Below, piece by piece: positions 26,780-39,670 of a stretch of 64,000 nucleotides of DNA. Position numbers and translations under genes: made by a program. Within the stretch, counting starts at the first letter, position 1; every line of letters begins with the position of its first letter. The stretch lies in the NCBI GenBank assembly GCA_003693705.1, contig RBZT01000328.1:1-64000 (forward strand), read 5' to 3'. The notes under the pieces were generated by a model. It saw only the letters and a list, made by a program, of their open reading frames with translations. It had not been told where the DNA came from and did no database searches. The DNA is from Polymyxa betae A26-41. Lineage: Eukaryota > Protista > Endomyxa: Phytomyxea.

Positions 26780-27341
26780 TTATTCGTGTTCTTCAGTACG
26801 CAGCTTAGCATTACCGTTAATGACTTTGATGTTCAGCTGAGCAGCCCGCTCGACAATCGCCTACAACAGAAACATTGTCAAAATCGAGCACGACTTGAGT
26901 CGATAAACAGCAGATTCACCTTGCGATTACGGACAGAGACCTGAGTCTTGATCTCAGCGGCGTACACGCGGTTGTGCATCAGGAGCATTTCCAACTCCTA
27001 TACACCGTTTAATACGAGATCCAACTGATAATGGGGAATCAAGGACCTGGACGTTGGCAACCTGGAACTTCGTGAAGCCGTTGGGAAGCAAGTGGCGGTG
27101 CTTCTTGTTGGTTCCATAACCGCAGTTGGCCAAAGGGATCTGGTCACGGAAGCGGCGACGAACACGACTGTCAATACCCTATACCATGTTGGCATTTTTG
27201 TGAAGACGCGTTTCCGATAACGAGGCCGACCTTGGGACGGCGCCATTTCAGCGGGACGCGCATGAAATTGTGAGCCTGGTGGCGGATGAACTTGGCCTGA
27301 CGCTTCTTGATGACATTGGGCTTGACCAACGGGGCGACCAT
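26780..27341 (-). CDS. RPL32: 60S ribosomal protein L32 (eL32), 4 exons
   Basis: Spliced [88 protein letters not shown]. Confidence 0.97.
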
Positions 27342-27800
27342 GATGATAGAATTCTACGAGCGACCGAACAAAATCCAAGCCAACAACACTGAAAAGGAGA
27401 CGAATCCAAGTCCGTGCGGACTCCGTAACCCAGTCATTATATCTACCATCGCCCTAGTATTTCAAATCGCTTCAGCTTTCCCTCATTCCGCTTCAGGCAG
27501 CTAGTCTTGCGATGCAGACGTCCAGATCTATCATTAAACAGATATGCGACCCTCTTAATTGCTAAATCTATTGTTTTCTGTGTTCTAAAATATATATCTG
27601 GAATTGGGTGATCCAGTGAGATTATAAAGAGTAACCTAGATTGGGATGAGTAACATCATCTGATCAGAGTACTGTCATAATGGATCATAGTAGACATGGA
27701 ATATGATACGTTGCATAGCCGCTCTCAGATATTGGCTGTGTCGTACGGTGTCGATCTTTAGTTAGCCCTGGGGAAATCAGACGTCGCAATCTCCAGGGCA

Positions 27801-30800
27801 ATGAGCCGGACGGGTTCCATCATAACGGAACCAGTTCGAGGCGTCTGTCCAACGCCTTCGTTGCCCAACGATTTTCTCGAACAGATTCGAGCCAAACATA
27901 TTGATTTCAAACGCCGTCAGGGCCATGTTATTGACGTTCTGTCGCACAAAACCCAATCAAATAGCACCGATTTAGGTGCCGTTCATGAATCCGACTCCAT
28001 CCTAGTTCAGGTGAATATCGCTCGAGATTGTCTCCCTGCCAACAATACCCAATACTTGATAGATCTGGCATGAATCTACAACCTGGCATTATATCTATAG
28101 GGAATTGTGTCAGATATCGCAGACATGTTCTAGCGATCTAGAAAGGCTTGATCGGCTTCAACTTCAGATCAATGCGTTGACTACACCTACCATGGTCCAT
28201 CGACCATGTTCTTGTATGGGAAAGACACCATCATCGTCGTGCCCATGGGCATTCATCAAATCGTTATATAGTCGGCTCTATGCCGCCTTCCTCATCGATT
28301 GCTTACGTCAACAAGATCGCGACTTAATCGGGGGTGCTCTCGCCCTATTTCTCATCAATCTGAGACTAGCCGTGCGCGCTCATCGTCTATGCTCAGCCGA
28401 CATCCCAGCTGATGAATCCGAATCGCCTGCCATCGCCTCATTATTGGCACTAACGACGACCGGGACGTTGACCGACTTCGTCCAGACGATCTTATCTAGG
28501 GAATTCATCAGCGGCAGACTGCCCGATGAAATCGCTGAACTCGTGTTCGAAATCGTCGTCGAACGTGGCCAATATCATCAGATATCATTGTTGCTGTTCT
28601 GCATCTCCATGGCATCCTCGGATTCGCCCCGAATCAACCGACTTCTCTCACAACTCATCAATCGGCTGGGTTCGGGTACTGGCGATATGCAGCTCGCGTA
28701 CTGGACCGTCTGGTCGAACTGGCAGGTCTACATCGGCCGGGCCAGTATTGCTGCCGCTTTGGTATGGTACATTGACAGATAAAGGACCTAGAAAAATGAC
28801 CTTTGAATAGTCCCTGGGCGATGTATCAAATCCATACGAGATAGCACAGGAGACCAGCACGGTGACGGATGAGACTCCAAACGATTCGATCCGACGTCGG
28901 ATCTTTCTCCTCTTATCATTTTCTCTGGTTCTGTATTATCGGTATCTCATAGACCATTTTGCAGGTGTTGTCACAGCAGACTGATATTGCTGTGTTTTCC
29001 AGAATCTGTATTGGAGCTGCCGGAAGGGAACCCAACGGAGCGACATTCATCAACCAGATCGTATCGCAGATAAGGTCGCCGCATCGGTTCAGATACGTCT
29101 CCAACAGCTGAATGGGAACAGGATTCTCAAGTCTTCTTATAAATGGGATACGCTGTCGTACTGGGTCGTGCACGCCATGCTTTATCAACTCGTTCATCGC
29201 TTGAACAGTGACTTGCTCCTTCTTCGTGATTGTTTCTCGAATCGGTTCGCTCTGCTCACCAATATGTTGGCTTTGTGCACGGTCGTCGAGGATTTCGTGT
29301 ATTTCAGCCCGACGTCGTATGAGGAGGAAATCCAAGCAGAAATCGCCTCGTATCATGCTTATATTAAAGTCAGTACCCGTAAGAACACGACATCGGTTGT
29401 TAATGGATTGCCGTATTAGCTAAGAAGGGAAATTCGTCTCGAACAAGAATTTCGCACTGGCGAGCTCGAGACCGAAATTGCTGATTCAGTCACCATGGAC
29501 AACCACATGAAACAGATTTCACAATCTTCAATTACGCGCGAAAGCTCACCCGATAAACCAACAATTGCAACATTGGAATCAGTCTTCTCTGACTTGGAGG
29601 GATTCGATTACAAGAACGTGCAGAGGTCCTACTGAGCCAATCGGATTGTTATTGCCGAACACTTTGGCTTACGATGCGAAATTGCAGGAAACTTGGCCTG
29701 CACCTTGATGCGAGCACAGGCATAGCATCTGATCTGAATCTCTGCCAAATCATGCTCCAGTTGCTGACCCGGGTCAGAGATGAAATTCTACCAAGACTGA
29801 TATCGACGCCAGGCAGTCAACACGTTTTCATTGCCTGCAAGTCAGTACTAATTATCATGAATTTGTTTCAACATCTGAAATCTATTTCACAGTCAATTAC
29901 GAGAAGAGGTGCGCTTCTTCGAACACACGTATGAGATCGGGGTTCCAATATGGAACACTTTCATTGAAGATCTTTGATTACAGGTGCCATTTTCTCGACC
30001 ATGTCTTCGTTCGAAACGAGAAGACAACCCTGTCCTCTATTCTTGCCAAACGACTTTTCGATACCGGTAGGATCTTCAAAGGATTCAACATTCAAGATAA
30101 GAAACAATGGGATCAATACGTCCAGGTTTGTTCGGCTAGTGATCATCTGGCCGTGCTGGTCCCAAAAACAATTATGTAGGGCCAGATCCAAGGCCAGTTG
30201 TTAAAAGAGCAACGTCGGGCAGCGAATAATAAGAAGCCATCAGCATTGGCGACGTTTCAGGTTATGGCCAATTTGAAACTCGGGCGCAATGAGTGGGCCG
30301 AACTTCATCTCGAAAGTGAGAACTTCCCGTCGCATACGCACACGATAGGCGATTATCGACCCGAAGTCCATCTCGGGACGAACAGCGACCAGGTACAATC
30401 GTGATGGTTGCGATGTCAAATTGGATAACGATGGAATCAGGCTAGAAATCCTATTCTGAATCGACGAACGCAGACCTCGCGCTCCGTATTATCAGTTGCT
30501 GAAAAGCCAACAGCTGAGGACGATCAGGTTCCCAACCTGAATCGCAAAGAACGATTACATCCTCAACCTGATTGCGTTTGCCGAATGCTCATATTATACA
30601 AGGTTAGCGATATTGGTGGAGAGTTTTGGTTTAACGCGTACAATCTAGGGTCGGGAGGTGGTCGAGATGCAGAATATGTCGCAAATCAAAGCTCTATATC
30701 TAGTATCGGGATCACATCTATTATCAATTCAATCGAATGATAGCAATAACGTTAGCCCCACGAATACTATTGCTCAGGAACAGTTGTGGAATGCGCGGCG

Positions 30801-32011
30801 ATATCATCAGAAAACGTACCCGGTGGGATATTTTAAAGGCGTCTGTTGGTCTCGGATCATTGACCGATGTTTGGCAGTATTTATGTGTAGTTGAGTTTAG
30901 AGATGGATTCTGCAGCGAGTATCTGTTTAAAACCGGCGCTGAGCGCCTTTCATTCGCCATCATGTGCGGTGATTTCCGAAATGATATCATTGTGTATCAG
31001 CCCATCGATATTCCAAAGGCACCACTGTAATATTTCGACCGGATTATTCCAAATGGAACGTTCAATATTGTATAGGAGAGCACAAGAGCCGATACAATGC
31101 GAGATATGTTCACGATCGTTTAGCATGTTCGCAAAGAAGTCTATGTGCAGGCTCTGTCATATTGCAATATGTAAAGTATGCAGCGAGAAGATCAGCGCTC
31201 CCGAATTCGATCTTTCCTATTCCAAACCGATTCGGCTTTGCAGGAATTGCCTTCGAACCGTAAGAAACGGAATGTTAATGAAATCCAGCACTAACGCTGC
31301 AATCAGAGGTCCCAACTAAACCATAGAATCTGGCCTAAACGGCTATGGTTTGAACGTGCTGTAGCTGCTGCATTTACGTCAAAGGTGAAGCATAGTCTGG
31401 ATGTGTGTATATCGTCACTAGCTACACATGCAACCAATTTGCAGTTATCAATCCGTCCTATAGAATCGGCTACGAAACATCATGATAGAGCAACAGCTAA
31501 TAATAATCCGTCTCGTATACGATCAATGTCAGATAAACAAGACGTATAGATAACATCAGCTGACTTGCATAACAGTGCATCCGTACCAGCTGAATTTAGA
31601 AGGTGTAATTCTGGGACAAAGTTGAATCGAGGAAGCAAATCAGCAAATGAGCAGAGTGTCGCCCAGATCACCTTACGACGTGAGACATCTCTGCGTTCTG
31701 ACGAGGAGACGAAAGGACATTCCAGATCGTCCTCAAGATTATCTGGCTATCAGGCAAGTCTTGATCTAACTTTGCCTGATCATTTGCTAATCCATATCAA
31801 ACAGGCATCGCAAAACCAATGCCTGGACATCTCAGCACCATCACTCAATGATCAGGATGCACCTTCATCAGGGCCTTACAAGCCGCTACGGTTCAAAACC
31901 CGGAGAGTTGTGGATAAGAATTCCTCTGGGCGCATGGCTCAATCGGCGACACTGCCCTTCACGATATCATCCTTAAACAATGACGGTATAAAAGACAATA
32001 ATTTAGTGTGA
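27801..32011 (+). CDS. Large multi-exon protein with a C-terminal FYVE-type zinc finger (may be more than one gene)
   Basis: CEICSRSFSMFAKKSMCRLCHIAICKVCS...RLCRNC near 31.1-31.25 kb. Upstream exons are helical and unassigned. Confidence 0.6.
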
Positions 32012-32658
32012 ATAGTTGAATGGGAATTTCGACTTGGCCAAATTTTCTGCTCAGTCCATTACTGCAGTGCAAAGAGTGCGCAGTGCTGGAAATACTGCGC
32101 CTGTCATGAGTTGTTGGAATGAAAGGTCCCATATTGGGCACCTCCAGTAGTCTTCCCATTTAAAGGAATCCATTGAAGGTCCCAAAACCATGGACGTGGG
32201 CAGCATTCCTTTGCGCCTTGACTTTGGTCTGATATGCTCCAGAAGGCCTAGCCTGTTCAAGCCGCCATTGGCGAGCGCCGTGCCAGTTTTTGGAGCTGGC
32301 GTTAGTTGGCGTAGATTCGCTAGGGTCGGTTGGTTGGGTCGCGTCCTCGATCTGGCACTGTTGAGCACCATTAGCAATAATGTGTTGCTCCAGGGCCTCG
32401 CGCCATATTCCATAATCTCGTTGCATAGGTCTTTATAGGCCTATGATCGCCGGGATAAACCATGGCAGCGTACATTTCTTTCCTTTTATATCAGTAATCA
32501 AAACGAACTGTGAAATCTATTCTTTCTTTCTTCCAACCTGTTGGTTTCGGAAATTGATGATTCCGGAGCTCGGCCAAAGTTCGTTCATCGGACGGTTGAT
32601 GAGATTACGCTATGGAACGCCAACGTGCCGGGAATTCACCTCAGATCGATAGTGAATC

Positions 32659-33544
32659 ATGTCTAATCGCTTTGCTTTGTTGGCTCTGGTGATCGTGACG
32701 TTTGCCTACGGGCAGGTCCAAACGCCACCACCACCGCCACCGCCGCCCCAGAATGCCTCGGCGCCAGGATTGCCTCCAACAAGCCCTCAGAATGTAACAG
32801 CGCCCGGATTACCGCCTTCCAGCCCTCAGAATGCAACGGCGCCAGGACTGCCTCCAACTGGTCCTTCACAACCATCACCTATCAGCACCCCTGGACCCCA
32901 GCAGCCTCCCATCACCATTACAATACCCGGCGCTGGTCAGGAACTACCTCCAGAACCAGTAGACGTTCCTCCGGCCCGACCGCTATCTGCTTGTAATGCA
33001 ACGCGAGCGATCGTGGCGTCGATGAACGAGCTCAATGTCAACACCACAATGCCGCTCTTTAGCAGAGATGCTGTTGTGATCGCTGATGATACCAAGCACG
33101 ATTTCACGATGCAAGTTCGCGGCAAGAGACGCATCAACTCATTCCTAAGAGGTTAGCAGAACATTGATACCTCGTTGGATTCACGAACTTCTGTTAACCT
33201 TAATCTCAGCAAACTTGTTGTTCTTGAGTCTGTTTGGTCCAACCAACTTTACTGTTATTCGGTCCCAAGTTGATCAACCCGACCGGTGCGTTGCTATTGT
33301 CATGCTCTCTAGCGAAATGTTGCGCAACTGCCCTGGAGCATCAAACTCGTAATTCAGCGATGCGGATAGCATTGATTCCGTTCTGTAACTTTGGTTTAGG
33401 TCGATGTATGCCATACTGGATGTGACCACACAGGGTGGTTTGGTTAAGTCTGTAAACCGAACTCTGGATTCTACTCAGCATACATTGGTCGATGAATGTG
33501 TGGCCAACAAGCTGAATCAGACCAACGGTGAACAATTTGATTAA
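32659..33544 (+). CDS. Secreted Pro-rich protein with a C-terminal NTF2/SnoaL-like domain (3 exons)
   Basis: Signal peptide MSNRFALLALVIVTFAYG; LFSRDAVV..VRGKRRINSFL; last exon SMYAILDVTTQGGLVKSVNRTLD..QFD*. Confidence 0.7.
32746..32862 (+). repeat. Coding tandem repeat, 3 x 39 bp (PQNxT/SAPGLPPxS)
   Basis: Three 13-aa units, each with an N-glycosylation sequon (NAS, NVT, NAT). Confidence 0.9.
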
Positions 33545-34010
33545 GCGGTGAGACTGCAAATGCCAGTGATTAGCGATGTTTGTGTATTACTGAATTTGTC
33601 ATAAAAAGCGGTTGATTAACCGTAGCCATACAAACAGACATTGAACAGCCTTGTCCATGTTGCCTATTGTGTGACGACCTCAATGCTTCTATCCATTTTT
33701 TTAGAATCGATGATCCTGGAATTGTTTGTTCAGTACGGATTGGCCGATTGTATTTCCTCTTTGGGTTCTATCTGCTTCGAAGACTTTGGAGCGCGTCTAC
33801 TGCCTTCTGGATAGTAAGTTAGTTTCGTCACAGATGATTGAGACACGCAGACGACCTTCGTGTTGCAGTTGGTCCTTGCTCGAGTGAACCAATTTGTAAC
33901 CATTTTGTAGAATAAAATTTAAGCCCAGGTGACATCTCGGTCTGGATCGAGTAATTGGAGCGACAGGCAACGAACCCGTATTGATAAATCATTTGTAAAT
34001 ACGGATTAGA

Positions 34011-36321
34011 TTATTTATTTAAACCTATCCAATACGTTTTCATATTCAATATTTGTAGACTTGTTCTTGTCGGCAGTTTCAACCCGCCTGATGGCATCCC
34101 GGATTCCGGCATTCTTCTGCCTTTCCTTGATGTCTTTTTGTTTTTGGAAATTCTTGGCCGTAGTCGATCGCCCTCGCGCTTTTCTTTTGAGATGGGCTCC
34201 TTCAACTGCCTCTTCATTATCCTTCTGGATAAATCTCAGTGTCATTATATCACAAGTACAACAATCCAACATACAACTGCTGCAGATGATTCATTGGGTT
34301 TGCGAACAGTCCCGATAACATTGCGATCAAGAGTGATCATATCAGGCTGGATCTTATCAAGAAGTTGCTTGATTTCAGCTTCACGTCGTTGCGACTTAGT
34401 CTCGAACGGGTTCGCCTCGAATGCGTCGAAGTTGGCTTCAGCAGCACCAGGTATCACTATGGACGACAATCCATTGCTATGACCCAGACCACAAACATCT
34501 TGAAACGGGCAAAACTTGACTTGGTTGATCTATTCCACTAAAATCAGTCGCGAAGTGACATGTTAGTCGAAATAACGTTGACAGATCAAAACATCAAAAA
34601 TAATTGAAAAGTAATAAGCCTTCCACGAGAGATATAGACGAATACAAGCGAGAATAAAACACAGATACATTCGATCGCTGAAGCATATGGGTCATGTATA
34701 GTGTCTCGTCTTTGTATATTTGAACACGACCATTGATTCCTACAAAGATCCAAACAGTTCAGTTCTCGTCACGATCCTTGAATGGCTTCGCATCTTACCT
34801 AATGCCATCAACCCCGTTTGTGAAATATCAATGGAAGAAGCTGGGGCGAATGTTGGCAATTCGTAGACGAGCTTATAGTTTCGAAGATCCCAGATAGCGA
34901 CCCGACCTTCAGCTCCCGAGGTCGCCATTGTGTATCCGTTATTCGCCACCTTCATTGCCTGAACGGCACCTGCAATCGACATCCTCAGAAACCCAGCAGG
35001 CATTATGAACCGGTCTCGTGACCTTTATGGCAGAGAATCGTAGCAGCTGCTGATGACATGTTCGGCGTCCAAAGAGTCACCACACCTACATGGCACTTGA
35101 TATTAGATCGAGACGCCCTTCAACGATCATTACCGCAAACAACAAAAAACAAGAAACAACTTTCACATCAATAGCTAAGCAGGGCATAAAAGTTGTTTAA
35201 AAACGAGGTTATCATAATGGAGAAAGAACCTTGAGAATGACCAACATGTACAACAGCATTCTGTGGATTATGTGTCATAACATGGGTCTCGCCTTTCTTT
35301 GTTCGATGTTCAGCTACAACAGCGCCAGTTGATGTATCTTGATATTTCAGTACCTATCAAATACAGGATGAGTGATGATCCAGAGCCAGCTGCTTCATCA
35401 TGCTACATACACCAGCCTTTCCAATAGAAACCAGCAGGAAATGGAACGGCAGGAAATCCAGCCGAGTGGGTTCGATGTGATTCCGAAGACAATGCAATTC
35501 GATGCCATTGTTGTCATAGATGTAAACGTATTTCTTCTGAGCTACGGCCGCCATTGTATGGTTATGAAGATATCTGTAGGCAATGGCATCAGCGACAATG
35601 AGGACATCGTAGGCAGGCCGACTCACTTGACGTCACGAATCGTCTCTCGAACCAAGATCTCGGATTCGAGCTTGAACGATCCCCATTCGAACATGGAGAT
35701 GTGTCCTTTACGACCACCAAGGATCATATGAGACCCATTCCTGGAATAATCGAGACTGTATAGACCAAGCTCAAGCGACAAATCGAAGATCTGATAACAA
35801 CGAGAGCGTTCAGAGATAAGAGTCTTCATGGAGGCGATTCTCCAACCTTATCGGCATTCTGGGCATCGATGTGATCACCGAGATCGGCCTGGCGAACTTG
35901 GAATGTTTTTTCGGCGCCTTCCGTCTCGATAAAACTGGACGACATTTAGTTTGCATTATGGAAGGAGAGAACGGATCTGTTACAGACCCGGCCTTCTCAG
36001 TGAGCATGAGCTCAGCCAGAACAGCTTTGGCATTGGCATTCTGAGCTTTAGCATCGAGCTGCTTCAGATTGGCCTTGACCTTCCTGTCCGGGATTGCTTT
36101 CAGCTCCTAAGAGGAGATCAGAATGAGTAGACAATCATCGTCGAGCAGATAACCTTTTTGGTCAGAGTATCGCCATATTTGTATTTTTCAGCAAGATGAC
36201 GTCGTCGAGCCTTTTCTGCCGACGATAATTCCGGAGTTTGCCTTTTAGCCTTGCTAGTTTTTTTGGATTCAAATCTCAAGCTGGTGATGCAGCCGGTAAA
36301 ATCTACGTTGGAGACAGTCAT
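34011..36321 (-). CDS. UTP7: U3 snoRNP WD40 protein WDR46/BING4
   Basis: [37 protein letters not shown], and BING4-CT motif [31 protein letters not shown]. Confidence 0.95.
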
Positions 36322-36562
36322 AGCAAAACGTTCAACGTGGTCTAATCTAGGTAGTCGATTTTCTTGGGATTTTCCTGTCGTTGAGTTTAGAGATGACCGG
36401 AACTAAATCCGTGGCGGACCCCGCAAACTTTTTGAAAAATGTTTTCTTTCTTGTCCCAGATGATTGTGTTTGGCAGATAGATAAGCAGGTTCTGTATTAT
36501 CTTATTTCTGAGAACATGACGACATGGTAGATACAGTAATGTTTATTCTCAAGTTAGCACAG

Positions 36563-39236
36563 TTATCTCTGACTGAAACGCTGAATTAATTTGTACAGTA
36601 TTCGAATACCTCGTTTCAATGTCGGCTCTTGTAGTTCGAATCGGATTTCTGTAGTTCCTATTACAATTTGATCTCCTGGTTGTAGACTGCAATACTGCAC
36701 ACGACGACCGTTCACAAGCACTCCCACCGATGAACCTAAATCATACAGCTCCATATCTGCAAACCGCTGTTCAATGTCAATCAGCGAATTGTTAAAAACA
36801 AACTAACGTTCGTTGCCATATGCTAGTCTTATATGTGATCTGGAAACGTGCTTATCGTTAATAACGAGATCATTGCTGGGATCTCGGCCAATCGTCACTG
36901 ACGACTTTTCAGGATCCAGAAATACGGTCTGTAGGCGCTCGCCTTTTAGCGTCACAACCAGGGCCAGTTTCATGGATTCATCTATAACGGTTGTGTTGGT
37001 GCCCTGTTCGAGGATGCACTAAAAATCTCACTGACTGTCGAAATTCGATTCATTGATGGAAATTTGCAATTGATCTTGGACGAAATTGCGGAATCCTTCT
37101 GATGATCGGATATGCTCTAAAACTGTTTCGAAATGTTCTTGCAATGCCTGCATTGGTGAGTTTTAGAATTACAGACAGTGCTGGAGAATTCTAGTACCTT
37201 CTCTAGACCATCAAATATATTAGTTGGTATTATATCGTCTTCTGCCTTAGATTCGATCTCAGATAAGACCAGATGTGACACATTGGCAATCCTTTCTTGC
37301 GCTTTCGGGCAGATGTACTTCTTTACTATGTTTCTGATATCGTTCTTATCGGTTAAACTTGTATTGCTTAATTGCGTCAGGCAATTCAGCATATTGCGGT
37401 CGTCGCTGGAAGCTGCAGGAGCGATTTTGAAGAATGCTCAAACACAGGGTTGTAACTTACTGATGAGCCTATGAAATCCTTGAATTGCAGATTGGCTTGA
37501 AATTACCTCAGCAAATGTGTATCCTTGGCTTCGTAAATCTATAACATGCTGAAGATATCTTGAGATGTCATGCAGAAAACCATAATCCGGCTGAGTATCG
37601 TTAGGGATGAGCATCTCTTCCATTTGATGTTGCTTATTGGCAATCGATATGCTTTTCCACATTGTCGAAAAAGTGCTTAACTTTTTATGATGGCGAGGGC
37701 GACCGTTTTCACCGACAGGTCGTTGGTTTCCAGCATTACTGACGAAAGTTACCTCGTCGATGGTCTCTTGTATCGCTGCAATCAAATCAGATGCATTCCG
37801 ACAAGGAGTGAGTATGGCGAACCGAAGAACCATTCGCATAATGATATCGCATGTCTCGCCGTGATAGTTACTCGTCGGATCGGCGCTTCCAACATAAAAC
37901 TCCATTGACCACTTCGGATACGGCAATCATCGAAACGTATGGAGGCGGTTGTCAGTGGGACGAAGGATTCCGGTCTTAATGAATTCGACGATCGAAACCA
38001 GTATCTACGAAGCCCATTTAATGCGAGAGCAAGAGATACTTTTGAATCCATAAAAAGGGTAATAAGAAGGATAAAGTGAAAAACTAACAGGGTTTGGTCA
38101 TATAAAACCATGAAATAGGAGGTTGGCTCGATAACAATGCCTTTGATATTCTCATCTATGGTCACTAAGCCCTGGAACTTCTTCGAACTTGAGGCCAACA
38201 TTGATGAGGCAACGCTAACCATTCCCTGGGACTTTATTGGCTGGATCCAAGCACAAGCGTGATCTTCTGCTTACCGCGTTTTCTAGAGATTGCAGTATGC
38301 AATCAATATGATAGCATTGCAAGAACACTTGCTTTTTTATAATGGGCTGGACTTGGGTGGCAGCAATCAGTTTGGCCTGCCACATTTCATCGCCTAAGGC
38401 GCGACGTAACTGTTCTTGAACGGATCTTAAAAACACCTGCTTCTCGGCAACTGATGGGAATCGGCACATAATGATCTGGTCGGCAGTGACTATCTTGAGA
38501 ACATTTTCAAGCAATTCACGTCGGGAGAATGCACCGTATTCTTTTCTTTCCAACTGGTGCTTTTCTGTTAATATCCCGCTGTCAGCTGCATGCAAGGCTT
38601 GAATGTTTATGTAGTCTTCTGGGTCGATAATAAACGCGATTGGAAAACCTCCCAAAGGCTCAGGGTCAGATTGCGATATCTGATATGTGAGATGGATTCC
38701 ATTGACCTGAACCCAATATTGGCTCCATTCCTAAGCAAACGAGTAAGCACAAACTGAATCCGTTTGAGCAGGATTCTGTTCCGTACTTTTGTGAACGAGA
38801 ACCCGAGGCCAGATTGTAATTGTATTTCGCCTTGGTAAACGCTCGTAGAGCTCGATTTCGACGTTGACTGTATTAGATTAAAAAACAATTCTATAAGCTT
38901 GGAAGGCCTACTGATGATGGAACTGTTCGTAATGTGGTGATTGCTGATGCTGAAATCGGAATGTCATAACAACGCCAAACTTGAGTTAAGCGGTCAGATA
39001 CCGATGTTTTCGCCAATATTGCTGATAGCTCCACGGGCTCCAAACCTCGGCCCAGAGTTCGCTACTATATTAGTGAGATGATCAAGGTCATCCAGATCAA
39101 TGTCATCTCTCGCCCAAGCTTGCAGTTGCTTCAACATAACATCTCCTAACGACGGCCTATCAACTTCATTTGCAGCTATCCACGACAACTCAGAAAAAAC
39201 CGGCGACGCCGACCGCCTCCTGTACCTTGCAGACAC
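36563..39236 (-). CDS. PH-PH-RGS-FHA signalling protein (multi-exon, start uncertain)
   Basis: FHA: TIGRDPSNDLVINDKHVSRSH..DLGSSVGVLVNG. RGS-like: IVKKYICPKAQERIANVS..IFD..FRNF. PH-like: QGEIQLQSG..WSQYWVQV..FPSVAEKQVFLRSVQ. Confidence 0.7.
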
Positions 39237-39670
39237 GCGACATTAAGGGAATATCTTTTAAGGCGTTATGACAATGGCAGCAGCGATGGGATGACCCAGA
39301 TGTAACATTATACTGAGCTCATATGTAAAGACCCACATTGAGGAGGAGCCGCTGGCCCGAAGTCATTTCACCTTTCCAGCGACAATTGGCAGTGAAAATC
39401 TTATCATAAAGAATAAATCTTCAGTAAAAATGGACATGACAAAACCTAACAGTGAAGTGAACGATTTAGGTGACGTCTAGGGGTCTCCCAATGGGACAGT
39501 CCTTGCTGTTGAACCGAAGCTACACTCATTTTACTGCGTAAGAGATGGAGGGGCTGCGCACACAAACGAGTGACATGGACGGTCAATTATCACAACTCTT
39601 TAATTGTTTGAAGAAACTTGTCGTCCAAGTTGAATGAAGCTGCATCTGATCAACGATCTTCGCTTGCCTC

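Noticed and set aside
31959-32438. Cluster of short ORFs between the FYVE gene and the secreted protein
   Set aside because: No recognisable motif or convincing splice structure; cannot support a gene call.
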